This document shows positions 48,160-58,410 of a stretch of 64,000 nt of DNA, one piece after another. The notes under the pieces are model-generated. The model was not told where the DNA came from. It saw only the letters and a list, made by a program, of their open reading frames with translations, and did no database searches. The stretch lies in NCBI GenBank assembly GCA_031285625.1, contig JAITVV010000080.1, positions 1-64,000 on the forward strand. The letters run 5' to 3'. This stretch comes from Prevotella sp. (lineage in GTDB: Bacteria; Bacteroidota; Bacteroidia; Bacteroidales; Dysgonomonadaceae). How positions within the stretch are numbered: the stretch's first letter is position 1; each line of letters begins with the position of its first letter. The translations under genes were made by a program, and so were the position numbers.

Positions 48160-49467
48160 TTATAGATTTCCACTTACTTTTTGTAGTTGATAATACGTAT
48201 ATATTGCATTAGTTTTAGCTGCAGTTAGTTGCAGTTCAGCATTTAGCTGTACAGTATTTGCATCTAACAGGTCGGTTAGTATAGCTAATTGATTAAAGTA
48301 TTTATTCTTTACAATGCGGTAATTTTCATTAGATTGCACCAATGATTCTTCCAGTGATTTTATCCTGTCCTGAGCTTCCTTATGTTTTACATACGCTGAT
48401 TTTACGCTTGTACGTATATTTTGTTTTTGCTGCTCTTGTGCCAATTCCTGTAATTGTATTTGCCGTTTGGCAGCACTTGTGCTATGTTTTTTATCAAAAA
48501 GTGAAGATATATGGTAAGACAAATTCAATGTAATGCCCCACGCGTTTAGGTATAAATCTTGTGCCGGGGAAACATTCGGTATGGGACGTGCCAATGTATT
48601 GCTTGCCTGTAAAGATAGGGTGGGCAAGTAGTCTGCCTTCACCAGTTTCAGGTTGTTTTGAGCCAAAACTATATTTGTTTCTGTTATTTTCAGATCAGGA
48701 TATTGCATATAAGCCTGATAGATGTAATCGTTTTCTGCTTTTATCTCAAGTTGAGAAGATAGGAAGTTGCCATCGGGTTCAAGAATTCTGTTCTCATCCA
48801 TACCTAAGACAATATCCAGTTGCTGTGAAGTGAGTGCAATATCATTTTCAGTTTCTTTATATGATAGTTTATAATTTGTAAGAATAATCTTACTACGTAA
48901 TACATCATTGGTAGTGATCATACCTTGTTCTTTCATCTTTTCAATGTCGCGCAATCGTGTCTCGGCTTCTTCAATATTCTTGGCATATACATCCCGCTCT
49001 TTATATAGATTGAATAAGTCAAGATACTTACCTATTAACCAAAGTTTCAATTCGGATTTATCTTTTTGTAAGGATAGCTGAGCTACTTCTTTCTCAAGAT
49101 TAGCTTTTTCTATGCTGTTTTTAATCCTACCACCCTGATAGATTGGTTGTGTAGCAGTAACCTGATAATTTTGTTTCCAGTCCGGGGTATCGGAATGTTT
49201 CAGGAAGGATAAGTCTTTATCCAGTATGGTGGGGGTACCTACATAGCCAAATAGTCCTGCTACTGAAATATCGGGCAATTGTTTGTTTTTAGCCAGGCTG
49301 ACTTTGTCTTCGGATATCTGTGTTTTTATAACAGACGCCTGAATAGCCACACTGTTTTGTAGTCCACGGTCGAAAAGCTCATTCACAGTTATCCTGTATG
49401 GTGCCTGAGCTACCAATGGCAGTGAAAAGATTAGAAATATATATAATATGTGAGTACTCTTTTTCAC
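48160..49467 (-). CDS. TolC family outer-membrane efflux protein
   Basis: GTG start; two OEP repeats (LP.IS/LPTLSL, QPIYQGG, TDLLDAN). Confidence 0.9.
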   Translation of the reverse strand: MKKSTHILYIFLIFSLPLVAQAPYRITVNELFDRGLQNSVAIQASVIKTQISEDKVSLAKNKQLPDISVAGLFGYVGTPTILDKDLSFLKHSDTPDWKQNYQVTATQPIYQGGRIKNSIEKANLEKEVAQLSLQKDKSELKLWLIGKYLDLFNLYKERDVYAKNIEEAETRLRDIEKMKEQGMITTNDVLRSKIILTNYKLSYKETENDIALTSQQLDIVLGMDENRILEPDGNFLSSQLEIKAENDYIYQAYMQYPDLKITETNIVLAQNNLKLVKADYLPTLSLQASNTLARPIPNVSPAQDLYLNAWGITLNLSYHISSLFDKKHSTSAAKRQIQLQELAQEQQKQNIRTSVKSAYVKHKEAQDRIKSLEESLVQSNENYRIVKNKYFNQLAILTDLLDANTVQLNAELQLTAAKTNAIYTYYQLQKVSGNL

Positions 49468-49893
49468 TTAGTTTTCTTTTATAGTCTGCGTAAATTCTTT
49501 CATATAGCCAATGCACAGTTCGATATGGTTGAGATTCACATTCTTCTCCAGTTCGTTGTATACATCTTCTATTATTTTTTTTATTTCTACATAGAGCTTA
49601 TTACCCTTGTCTGATAATACAACAAGTTTACTTCGCTTATCGTTTACGTCTTCTTCACGTTTTATCAGACCTCTTTTTTCCATATTCTTTATCAAATATG
49701 ACAGACTCGATTTGTCTTTATACGTCAGGTTGGCCAATTCCTGCTGGTTTACTTTTCCAGCTCCATCGAGACACCTCAAAATATGTAACATTTCAAATGT
49801 TACATCTATGCTATGTTCTCGTATTTTTCTATGGATTATCTGACGGTAGTAAGACTGTGTCTGCAATATTGTTTGTACAAAAGTTTGCAACAT
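49468..49893 (-). CDS. MarR family transcriptional regulator
   Basis: wHTH: NQQELA..DKSSLSYLIKNMEKRGLIKR..DKR..L.DKG. Confidence 0.9.
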   Translation of the reverse strand: MLQTFVQTILQTQSYYRQIIHRKIREHSIDVTFEMLHILRCLDGAGKVNQQELANLTYKDKSSLSYLIKNMEKRGLIKREEDVNDKRSKLVVLSDKGNKLYVEIKKIIEDVYNELEKNVNLNHIELCIGYMKEFTQTIKEN

Positions 49894-49935
49894 GTCTTTA
49901 TTATTTTGTGTGCAAAGATACAACAAAAACAATGA

Positions 49936-49953
49936 TAGTTGAATGTTCAACTA
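49936..49953. promoter_or_regulatory. Probable MarR operator
   Basis: Perfect inverted repeat TAGTTGAA-tg-TTCAACTA just upstream of the minus-strand -7 box TATCTTTG (49913-49920). Confidence 0.75.
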
Positions 49954-50108
49954 AATATTTTTTGATATATCAAAAAATATTATTGATAATAGATAGAAGA
50001 GATTTCTTCGCCTGAAATTATCTTATATAATAGGCTTGTTATATAATACGGAAAGATAAAGTGACAATCAGAAAGTATCGAAAAGCTGTTACTTTTGTCA
50101 CTTTTTAG

Positions 50109-53100
50109 TTAACAATGAGGCATTCTTTCCAATATTCTTCTATATATGCTATTCTGATTTAGGATATAATCGTTTCCGATAAGGAATAGTTGTTCACGGG
50201 CACGGGTCAGGGCTACATTTAACTTCCGGTCAACAGTCCCTTCACGGTTCATATTGCAAAAGTTAGTCAACTGATAAGGTCTGTTGAAACAGAATGATAG
50301 CATGATAACATCGCGTTGACTTCCCTGATAACGCTCAACAGTATCTACCATAATATTTCTAAATTCTGCAATACCAGTCTCTTCTAATTTCTGTTTTATT
50401 AATGCTATCTGATTTCTGTATGGAGTGATAATTCCTAGTGTTTTTTGTGAATCAAATTGTAGGCTGTTTGCTTTATATAAATTGAATAATGCTATAGATA
50501 ATAACACTACCACATCAGCTTCGGTGCTGTTCGTTTTATCACTTATATTGGTGTTGTCAGATTGTCTTACGGGTATGAATCCCGTTCTTTTGGTGGCAAT
50601 CAGGGATTGAAATCTATCTGATTCGTCAAATACCAGATATTGCAGATTGATTTCCTGCCTTTCAGTAGCGGTTTTTAACAGGCTGTCGTAAAAGTTTGTA
50701 TTTACAAGGTCTGCAATTTCTCGATGCATGCGTCCATGATATGTAAGTGTATCAAAGGCATGTGTCCACCCATTATCTTTACAAATGCGAAACAGACGTT
50801 CAAACAGTGATTCCCTGCAATCGTATAACTTTATGTCATTTAATAATTCTTCGTTTACTTTCGACTTATTCTCATTTTGCAATGTGATTGTTGACAGCTG
50901 TTTATGATCTCCTATCATAATAAATTTATCAAAGCAGGTAAGAAGTCCTGCTATCTGTGGCTCCAGAATTTGAGATGCTTCATCGATAATTGCTACATTA
51001 AAATGTTTCAGATCAAGTAATTCCGGTTTCCCTATTATAGATGCCAGGGTACCTACAAAGATGCGGCTGCTATCTATCGTCTGCAATAGTTCTTTCCGGT
51101 TGTTAGCCTGATGTGAGATGTTTTGCAATAACCTGTGTCGATATGGTTCTCCACAAGATAGTTCTGAACCTATTCGGATATATTTATTACAGTTAGCATT
51201 GTCTTTATCAAAAGCCTGGCAGATAGAGGCACATAATTCATCCACAGCACGATTGGTATATGCCATTACCAGAATGTTTGTATCTGGGTCTGCATGTAAT
51301 TTTTCTATAAGCTGCTTGGCAAATATCGAAGTCTTTCCTGTACCGGGAGGGCCAACTATCAGAAAATAGTCTTTGGCAGCTAATGCTTTATCTATAACTG
51401 TTTTCTGCTTTTCCTCCTTTGTTAATTCCTGGATATCTAGTGATTGGGTATATGTTGTATCTGGTTTGTTAAGCCCTAGTAACAGATTTTTCTTATCCTT
51501 GGGTGCTGCTAAAAAAGAAAACAGACTCTTGTACATGGCATTGTAACTATGGTCGAGTTTGTCATGCTCAACAGCCCAATATTTATATCTGGAAAAGAAA
51601 CTGTGATTTCGTTGCTTGTATCTGAAACGTAAAATGACTTTGTCAGCAGAAACTTCTACTACGGTGCCTTTCAATATTTGATTGGTAAGCACAGTATGAC
51701 TTTCATTTTGTCTTGGGTAGAGTATACATATCTCTCCTTCACGGAAGTTCGCACAGTCCTCAATATTTTCTCTTCTGAACCGGATGATCATATCTCTACC
51801 GTTGTCGTCGATATCCTCAATTTCCAAGTCGGAGATCAGGTCAAGTGCATCTTTACGTTCAGCAAAAGTAGTATTCCACAGGGCGGATATACTCATGGAT
51901 GAATCAAAATGTTCATCCCCCATTTTTTGTAAATAAAGTTCCCTGGTTATGAAATTAATATAGCGATAGAAATATGTTTTTTCTAGAGGTGTTGCCTCTA
52001 TCAGTACTTTCTTTAATTCTGATAGTTTGTCTGTGAAAAAGTCAGGTACACGACCGTAATTATCCAAATCAAACAGTTCATTGAATGTATCTTCTACTGT
52101 TTGAGTATTTCCCAGATATAAATCATGCTCTGTAGCTACAATCATATTTCTGAGATTAATTATATCTTTTTCCAGTTGATAGAATCTGGCTGCAAAACGG
52201 ATATTTTCACCCGCATTGTCAGCACTTGAATATAAAATTGTCGGATAAATATGTCGTGCATCCTTATTGAACACACTTTGTATCATCAGACGGTAAATGG
52301 CTGTCTGCGTTTCATGATTTGGAGCTATTTTGGTAACATCTTCGCGAGGGTAGGGAGGTTTCCCCGATTTCAATTCAATGATACGTTCTGTTCCTGTCGT
52401 CTCATTTGATAATTGAAGCAGATCGAGTCTTCCCTGAAATCCATATTTTTCACAAAAGAATGAAGGCTCTAACATACAGGAAGATATGTCGAATCCATTT
52501 GCAGGCATGTCGTGCAACACTACCCGCTTAATATTATTGAAGTGTCTTTCTGCTCGCGACATGAAATCCTTGAAATCATGTATAGCACGAATGTCCTTAC
52601 ATGAGGCGTACTCAAACGGCATTTGTTGGAAAGACTTCTTAAAGGTCTCCTCAAAAGTCAGATCCTCTGCATCTTCGGCGTAGATGAGTTCATCTAAAAA
52701 GAAGTTAGCCAGATTTCCTAACAGTATATAATGAGAATTTACATTAGGCTCAAACTTTCTCCGGAAGTAGTGCAGATACGAACTTCCATATGATTGAAAA
52801 CATTCAGCCATAGCAGAAGCATCTATCAGGTAGTCCGGTTCTAGAACGAATATTTTTGATATATAATATCCGGCCTCATCTTTCTTTACATCAATCAGAT
52901 TCAATTGTGCACCAATCCAAAGGCGATCGATGGTAGGGGTAAAGATATCATTCATTAATAAGACATTGTATCTTATAGTTAATATCTTATCAGGAAGGAG
53001 ATCTGATTGACAAATAATTATTTCGTTTTCTTTGTCAATATTTATTACCTGTACCCTTATTTTGTCTAATCGAAGATCTTCGTTTTCAGAAGTTGTTCTC

Positions 53101-53471
53101 TCAAAATTGGTGAGATCAATTTTCTCTCCGTTTATGAATGAGAGAAAATTATTTAATGCTTCTTTGGCTAGCTTATATTGGTTCGGAGATATTAAATTCT
53201 GGTCGCTACGAAGTAAGAACGTTGATTTTATTCTTATGTTTTGCAGTTGCCATTCCAGCGGTTTCGGCAACTCATATTTTTGAGAAATAAATACCAGACG
53301 CGAGAATAAAGAAGGAAACTGCAAAGATTCACTTCCTGTGATTTCTTTGCAGCTTCTTTCCAGTATCCGTTTTAAGCGGATATATTTGTTTCTTAATGAT
53401 AAATCGGATTGATCTATTTGTTGTATCTCAGAGAGATAGTCGGATAATAATGTTTTAATATTATCAGACAT
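50109..53471 (-). CDS. Dna2-like PD-(D/E)XK nuclease / SF1 (UPF1-like) helicase
   Basis: LEPDYLI..C, GRLDLL..IIELKSGK, H..Q..IY nuclease motifs; GPPGTGKT, YTNRAVD, IIDEASQ, GDHKQL, SLFERL, TPYRNQ, TVERYQGSQ, LNVALTRA helicase motifs. Confidence 0.88.
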   Translation of the reverse strand: MSDNIKTLLSDYLSEIQQIDQSDLSLRNKYIRLKRILERSCKEITGSESLQFPSLFSRLVFISQKYELPKPLEWQLQNIRIKSTFLLRSDQNLISPNQYKLAKEALNNFLSFINGEKIDLTNFERTTSENEDLRLDKIRVQVINIDKENEIIICQSDLLPDKILTIRYNVLLMNDIFTPTIDRLWIGAQLNLIDVKKDEAGYYISKIFVLEPDYLIDASAMAECFQSYGSSYLHYFRRKFEPNVNSHYILLGNLANFFLDELIYAEDAEDLTFEETFKKSFQQMPFEYASCKDIRAIHDFKDFMSRAERHFNNIKRVVLHDMPANGFDISSCMLEPSFFCEKYGFQGRLDLLQLSNETTGTERIIELKSGKPPYPREDVTKIAPNHETQTAIYRLMIQSVFNKDARHIYPTILYSSADNAGENIRFAARFYQLEKDIINLRNMIVATEHDLYLGNTQTVEDTFNELFDLDNYGRVPDFFTDKLSELKKVLIEATPLEKTYFYRYINFITRELYLQKMGDEHFDSSMSISALWNTTFAERKDALDLISDLEIEDIDDNGRDMIIRFRRENIEDCANFREGEICILYPRQNESHTVLTNQILKGTVVEVSADKVILRFRYKQRNHSFFSRYKYWAVEHDKLDHSYNAMYKSLFSFLAAPKDKKNLLLGLNKPDTTYTQSLDIQELTKEEKQKTVIDKALAAKDYFLIVGPPGTGKTSIFAKQLIEKLHADPDTNILVMAYTNRAVDELCASICQAFDKDNANCNKYIRIGSELSCGEPYRHRLLQNISHQANNRKELLQTIDSSRIFVGTLASIIGKPELLDLKHFNVAIIDEASQILEPQIAGLLTCFDKFIMIGDHKQLSTITLQNENKSKVNEELLNDIKLYDCRESLFERLFRICKDNGWTHAFDTLTYHGRMHREIADLVNTNFYDSLLKTATERQEINLQYLVFDESDRFQSLIATKRTGFIPVRQSDNTNISDKTNSTEADVVVLLSIALFNLYKANSLQFDSQKTLGIITPYRNQIALIKQKLEETGIAEFRNIMVDTVERYQGSQRDVIMLSFCFNRPYQLTNFCNMNREGTVDRKLNVALTRAREQLFLIGNDYILNQNSIYRRILERMPHC

Positions 53472-53477
53472 AGAATA

Positions 53478-54029
53478 TTAATATCTGATTTCAAAGTCAA
53501 AAATATTTTTTACTTCAAAGTCGAAATAGGTTTGTTGAGGTATATCGAGTAGCTCCCCGTCAATATAGAAATTGAGTTGACCTCTACGAGCTAAGTTATA
53601 TGCCATGTCAGACATAAACTCTTGTAGTAGATGATAGTCCGCGTCTATTACTTTCGCTTCTTTATCATTGTCAACGATCATCCTTAATGTACGTGAATTA
53701 ACACCATCGGCAGACAATCTGATATTTACGTGATCACCTGCTACAAATAATTCACCATAGAAAAGAAAAACTTCGGACTCGATTGATCTTACATCAACAA
53801 TGTCTAATCTGCGTGCATCTATGCCTCCGATATCTTCGGCACGCAAATCATATGAAAAACTGAATCGTCCCTTATTATCAGTATATATAGGATCTTTATC
53901 AAATTCCGTAGATAAATTTAATGTACCACGTCTCCACTCATAATCATCATCTGAACTACACGAGGAGAATGTTACTACAGCAACAACTGTTAGAATAACC
54001 GCAAAAAGTTTGTTTTTATAAAGTTTCAT
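53478..54029 (-). CDS. Hypothetical surface lipoprotein
   Basis: Lipobox FSSC followed by SSDDDYE; ends 6 nt before the helicase start. Confidence 0.7.
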   Translation of the reverse strand: MKLYKNKLFAVILTVVAVVTFSSCSSDDDYEWRRGTLNLSTEFDKDPIYTDNKGRFSFSYDLRAEDIGGIDARRLDIVDVRSIESEVFLFYGELFVAGDHVNIRLSADGVNSRTLRMIVDNDKEAKVIDADYHLLQEFMSDMAYNLARRGQLNFYIDGELLDIPQQTYFDFEVKNIFDFEIRY

Positions 54030-54175
54030 ATTTTTTAATTTTGGTGACAAAGATACATATTTCTATATATATGACTAAAGAAATTCGATTTTGTAACATG
54101 AAGAAATGGAGATATAGAAAAATTTTATAAGTAACGGGTAGTTATTTGTAAAAGGGTTTGCTTATCTTTGTCACG

Positions 54176-54260
54176 AAATCTTAGGGGTGCCTTAATATCA
54201 CAGGCTGAGATCACACGCATAAAACCTGATCCGGATAATGCCGGCGTAGGGAAAGAAAAT
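54176..54260 (+). ncRNA. TPP riboswitch
   Basis: GGGGTGC..GGCTGAGA..ACCTGATCCGGATAATGCCGGCGTAGGGA consensus; TATCTTTG -7 box at 54163-54170; upstream of a TonB receptor and PnuC-family gene. Confidence 0.93.
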
Positions 54261-54390
54261 ATGCATATGCGCAGATGCATATCTTTAAAATTCGGGAAAT
54301 TATCTTATCAAACCCCTTTTTTGTTTAACATCAGGACATGAGGTCGAAATATTAAGCTAGCGACCCTGTCAGAATAATTTTAATTATTAA

Positions 54391-56613
54391 ATGAAAAAGG
54401 TATTTATAACTCTGTCTGCATTCTTAATAGGTGGGATAGGAGTTTTTGCACAACAAAAAGCGGATAGTCTGAAAGTTGTAAAATTAGATGAAGTGGTGGT
54501 GTCTGCCACACGTGTTAGTCAGGATGCACCAATTGCATACTCCAACATAACAGAAATGCAGATAAAGCAGGATAATGCTGCACGCAATATCCCTTCTATA
54601 TTGCAAACACTTCCATCTGTAGTGGCTTATACTGAAGGTGGTACTGCGGTGGGTAATATGTCTTACTGTATTCGCGGAACGGACGCCAATCGAATCAATG
54701 TAACACTGAATGGCATGCCTCTCAATAATCCTGAGAGTCAGGAAGTATATTGGGTGAACTTACCGGATCTGTCAAATTCTTTACAAAGTATGCAAATCCA
54801 ACGCGGGGTAGGTACATCTACCAATGGTGCTGCTTCTTTTGGCGCTAGTATTTCTATGCAGACTCTAGGAGGAAGGCCGAAACCCTATGGAGATCTATCA
54901 ACCGCTTATGGACAATATAATACATTCTTGGTTTCAGGTGCAGTTGGTACGGGTATAATGAAAAACGGTTTGTCTCTGGATGCGCGTTTTTCACATGTGC
55001 AAAGCGACGGTTATATACGTAACGGTAAAGTGGATCATAAAAACATTTATGCAGCATTGTCTCACTATTCCGACAAACAACTGATACGTCTTATATATAT
55101 GAATGGAATACAGCATACCGGAATCACCTGGGAAGGTATAGACCCAGGTATGCTGGATATTGACAGGCGATACAACCCTGCAGGACAATATACAGATGAG
55201 AATGGAAATATACGTTATTATGATAACGAAACTGACAATTATTATTCCAATATAGGTCAGCTTGTCTATACCCGATATTTAACTCCTTCTCTGACGTTTA
55301 ATGCCAATCTGAGCTATAATCATGGATATGGGTATTATGAAAATTATAAGGTAGACAGGAAGTTCTCTGAATTTGGTCTCGATAATCAGGTTGTCGAAGG
55401 AACTACTTACAAAAAGTCAGATATTATACGCCGTAAACTGATGATGAATCACCTGTATGTTGGAGGACTCAATTTGAAATATGAGAGAGAGAAATTTGGA
55501 TTAACTATAGGGGGAATGTACAGTTACTATGATGGAGAGCATTATGGCCGGTTACTTTGGGCTAAGCATAATCAGGATATACCTGAAGGCTATGAGTGGT
55601 ATCGCAACGAGGCTGATAAAAAAGATATAAATGCTTATTTCAAAGCAGAATACCGTCCTGTTGAGAATTTTTCATTATTTGCTGAGGTGCAAGAACGATA
55701 TATCGATTACCGGATGAAAGGTATAGATGATGATTTGGCAGATCTGACAAACAACAATTATTACAATTTTATAAATCCTAAGGGTGGTCTGTCTTTTCGC
55801 TTTGCCGGATATAATGAAATATATGGTTCATTTGGTATCTCCAATAGAGAACCATTACGTGCCGACCTAAAAGAATCTTTAAAAGGGGGAGGAGTACGAT
55901 CAATAACCTCTGAAAGGCTTTATGATTACGAATTAGGATATAAATATGCAAATTCCATTGTTGCTTTCAGTGCCAATTTTTATTATATGAACTATAAAGA
56001 TCAACTGGTACAGACTGGAAAATTAAATGATACAGGTTATAAGTTGCAAGAGAATGTTCCCGATAGTTACCGTACAGGGATTGAATTGGCACTATCATAT
56101 ACTCCAACTTATTGGTTGCGTATGGATGGTAATCTCACTTTAAGCAGAAATAAGATAAAAAATTATACTGTTTTTTATGATTATTATGATAATCAGAGTG
56201 ATTGGAACTATTTGGGACAAGTATCACAGACATATAAGTCTACCGATATTTCTTTCTCTCCTAAAGTGGTAGGGAGTTTTATGATTACATTCAAGCCATT
56301 CGAAAAAGAAGATATCAGTTTTTCATTTATCAACAAATATGTTGGAAAGATGTATTATGATAATACTTCTAATTCTGAAAACCGGCTGTCAGATTACCTT
56401 GTTACCGATTTTGTTGCATCTTATACTTTGGATGCTTCCAGAGTCGGTAAATTCGATTTTCAGTTCTATATAAACAATCTGGCTAGTATAAAGTATAATG
56501 CTAATGCATGGGTTGATACATCCAAATTCGAAGATGGTACGCAGGCTGTTTATAAAGGAGTATTTCCTCAGGCAGGTGCAAATCTGATGGGAAGAATAAG
56601 ATATAGATTCTAA
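54391..56613 (+). CDS. TonB-dependent receptor, probably thiamine uptake
   Basis: LDEVVVSATR TonB box, RINVTLNGMPLN, QIQRGVGTSTNG, C-terminal YRF; downstream of TPP riboswitch. Confidence 0.88.
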   Translation: MKKVFITLSAFLIGGIGVFAQQKADSLKVVKLDEVVVSATRVSQDAPIAYSNITEMQIKQDNAARNIPSILQTLPSVVAYTEGGTAVGNMSYCIRGTDANRINVTLNGMPLNNPESQEVYWVNLPDLSNSLQSMQIQRGVGTSTNGAASFGASISMQTLGGRPKPYGDLSTAYGQYNTFLVSGAVGTGIMKNGLSLDARFSHVQSDGYIRNGKVDHKNIYAALSHYSDKQLIRLIYMNGIQHTGITWEGIDPGMLDIDRRYNPAGQYTDENGNIRYYDNETDNYYSNIGQLVYTRYLTPSLTFNANLSYNHGYGYYENYKVDRKFSEFGLDNQVVEGTTYKKSDIIRRKLMMNHLYVGGLNLKYEREKFGLTIGGMYSYYDGEHYGRLLWAKHNQDIPEGYEWYRNEADKKDINAYFKAEYRPVENFSLFAEVQERYIDYRMKGIDDDLADLTNNNYYNFINPKGGLSFRFAGYNEIYGSFGISNREPLRADLKESLKGGGVRSITSERLYDYELGYKYANSIVAFSANFYYMNYKDQLVQTGKLNDTGYKLQENVPDSYRTGIELALSYTPTYWLRMDGNLTLSRNKIKNYTVFYDYYDNQSDWNYLGQVSQTYKSTDISFSPKVVGSFMITFKPFEKEDISFSFINKYVGKMYYDNTSNSENRLSDYLVTDFVASYTLDASRVGKFDFQFYINNLASIKYNANAWVDTSKFEDGTQAVYKGVFPQAGANLMGRIRYRF

Positions 56614-56632
56614 TATCTTTTACTTACTTTTA

Positions 56633-56658
56633 CGGAGTGCTGAAAAAGCACTCCTTTT
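56633..56658 (+). terminator. Hairpin between receptor and PnuC-family gene
   Basis: GGAGTGC-tgaaaaa-GCACTCC followed by TTTT. Confidence 0.6.
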
Positions 56659-56665
56659 ATATATT

Positions 56666-57259
56666 ATGGAAATTATAAATTTTATTGAGAATAATTGGAT
56701 TAGTATAGCCGGTGCTATCATCGGACTTGTATTTCTTTTTCTGGAGTATAAGGCTAATGTATGGATGTGGGCTGCCAGTATTGTTATGGCTGCATTTTAC
56801 ATCTATATCTTTTATACTACCAGATTGTATGCCAGTATGGCGATCTATATCTATTTCTTTTTAGCATCAGTTTATGGCTGGGTTGTTTGGGTATTTCGTA
56901 ACAGGGATAGAGAAACCGGGCGTGAAATTATTACACATGTCGGAAAACGCTATATCTTACCTATTATACTGGGAGTGTTTTTCATTTCCATATTGATTTA
57001 TCTGGTTTTGGTACAGTTTAGTAATAATCTGGCATTAATTACTATTGGCGATTCTCTAACCACTTCCCTTAATATTGTCGCTCTATGGATGATTTCCCGT
57101 AAATGGGCCGAGCAATGGTTGTTGGTTATTCCTGCAAATCTTATTTCAGCAATTCTTTTATTTGCCCGGCATGACGTCATGTCAGGTTGTCTCTTCATTA
57201 TATTCTTTCTTGTATCCATTATGGGTTATTTTAAATGGAAAGGGTTGATTAATAGATAA
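56666..57259 (+). CDS. PnuC-family transporter, probably thiamine (PnuT-type)
   Basis: Seven hydrophobic segments, YGWVVW, DSLTT, RKWAEQW; thiamine context. Confidence 0.85.
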   Translation: MEIINFIENNWISIAGAIIGLVFLFLEYKANVWMWAASIVMAAFYIYIFYTTRLYASMAIYIYFFLASVYGWVVWVFRNRDRETGREIITHVGKRYILPIILGVFFISILIYLVLVQFSNNLALITIGDSLTTSLNIVALWMISRKWAEQWLLVIPANLISAILLFARHDVMSGCLFIIFFLVSIMGYFKWKGLINR

Positions 57260-57345
57260 TAAGTGGTAGAATATGTTATAAAAAGGGAATATTAACAATG
57301 AGAAAAATTAAAAATACTATCTTTGTATCTATTATAAAGTAAAGT

Positions 57346-58410
57346 ATGAAGATTTTTCAGGTTATAACAGTATCTGAATATGGTGGTGCTCAAACCATTG
57401 TTGCAGATCTGGTAAAAAACCTTAGTTCAGAGAATGAACTTTATATTCTTTATGGAGGTAACGGAGAGGCATGGAGTAATCTCGGAAACAATTTTACCCG
57501 GCTGAAATTGAATGATCATCGTAAATCGGTTTCAATTAAAGATATTGGCCTTCTTCTGAAGCTTTTTTATTATCGGTTTAAATACAGACCCGATGTAGTT
57601 CATTTACACTCATCCAAAATGGGAGTATTAGGACGCTTGGCCTTTAACAAGAAAAAAATAGTCTACACAGTTCATGGATTTGATTCTATACGTACTGCTT
57701 TCCGTAAATTCTTAACAATTGAAAAGTTATTGAAAAACAGGGCCTTCCGTATCATAGGTGTTAGCCAGTATGATGTGAATATGATGAAGGAGGAAAACAT
57801 TTATAAAAATGTAGATAGAATTTACAATGGAGTTTCAGATCATTATATTCAACGAAGTGATGTAAATCCTGATGTAATAAGCAAACTGGAGGATATCCGG
57901 CAAGATTTTCCTAAAATTATAATGTGTATATCCAGAATATCCAAACAGAAAAAGTTTGATCTGTTTCTGGATATTGCAAAGCAAATGCCTCAATATGCTT
58001 TTGTGTGGATAGGTAATAAAGAGAATATGGCCGGGCTTCCTGGCAATGTATTTTGTTTAGGAGAAATGCATTCAGCTTTTTCCTGTCTGAGATATGCCGA
58101 TGTTTTTATTCTTCCTTCCAATTATGAGGGGTTACCAATGTCTATACTTGAAGCTTTGGCATTTGGAGTTCCTGTAGTTGCCTCGGCTGTAGGTGGAATT
58201 ACAGAGGTGTTGGATGGGGAAAATGGGTTTGCAGTAGAAAATAGTATTACAAACTTTGAAGATAAAATAAATCACATTTTATCTAATGAAAATATACAAA
58301 AAGAGATGTCACATAATGCAAGACAATCATATCTTGCTAACTTTACAATCGAAAAAATGGTAGGCAGCTATAAAGCTGTTTTTGACACAATCGTAGCAAA
58401 TAAAAAATGA
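57346..58410 (+). CDS. Glycosyltransferase family 4
   Basis: GGAQ, HLHSSKMG, YTVHG, PSNYEGLPMSILEALAFGVPVV. Confidence 0.92.
   Translation: MKIFQVITVSEYGGAQTIVADLVKNLSSENELYILYGGNGEAWSNLGNNFTRLKLNDHRKSVSIKDIGLLLKLFYYRFKYRPDVVHLHSSKMGVLGRLAFNKKKIVYTVHGFDSIRTAFRKFLTIEKLLKNRAFRIIGVSQYDVNMMKEENIYKNVDRIYNGVSDHYIQRSDVNPDVISKLEDIRQDFPKIIMCISRISKQKKFDLFLDIAKQMPQYAFVWIGNKENMAGLPGNVFCLGEMHSAFSCLRYADVFILPSNYEGLPMSILEALAFGVPVVASAVGGITEVLDGENGFAVENSITNFEDKINHILSNENIQKEMSHNARQSYLANFTIEKMVGSYKAVFDTIVANKK

Noticed and set aside
53478-54029. Lipoprotein as a functional partner of the Dna2-like helicase
   Set aside because: Only the 6-nt spacing supports it; the proteins are in different compartments and such juxtapositions are common in Bacteroidetes
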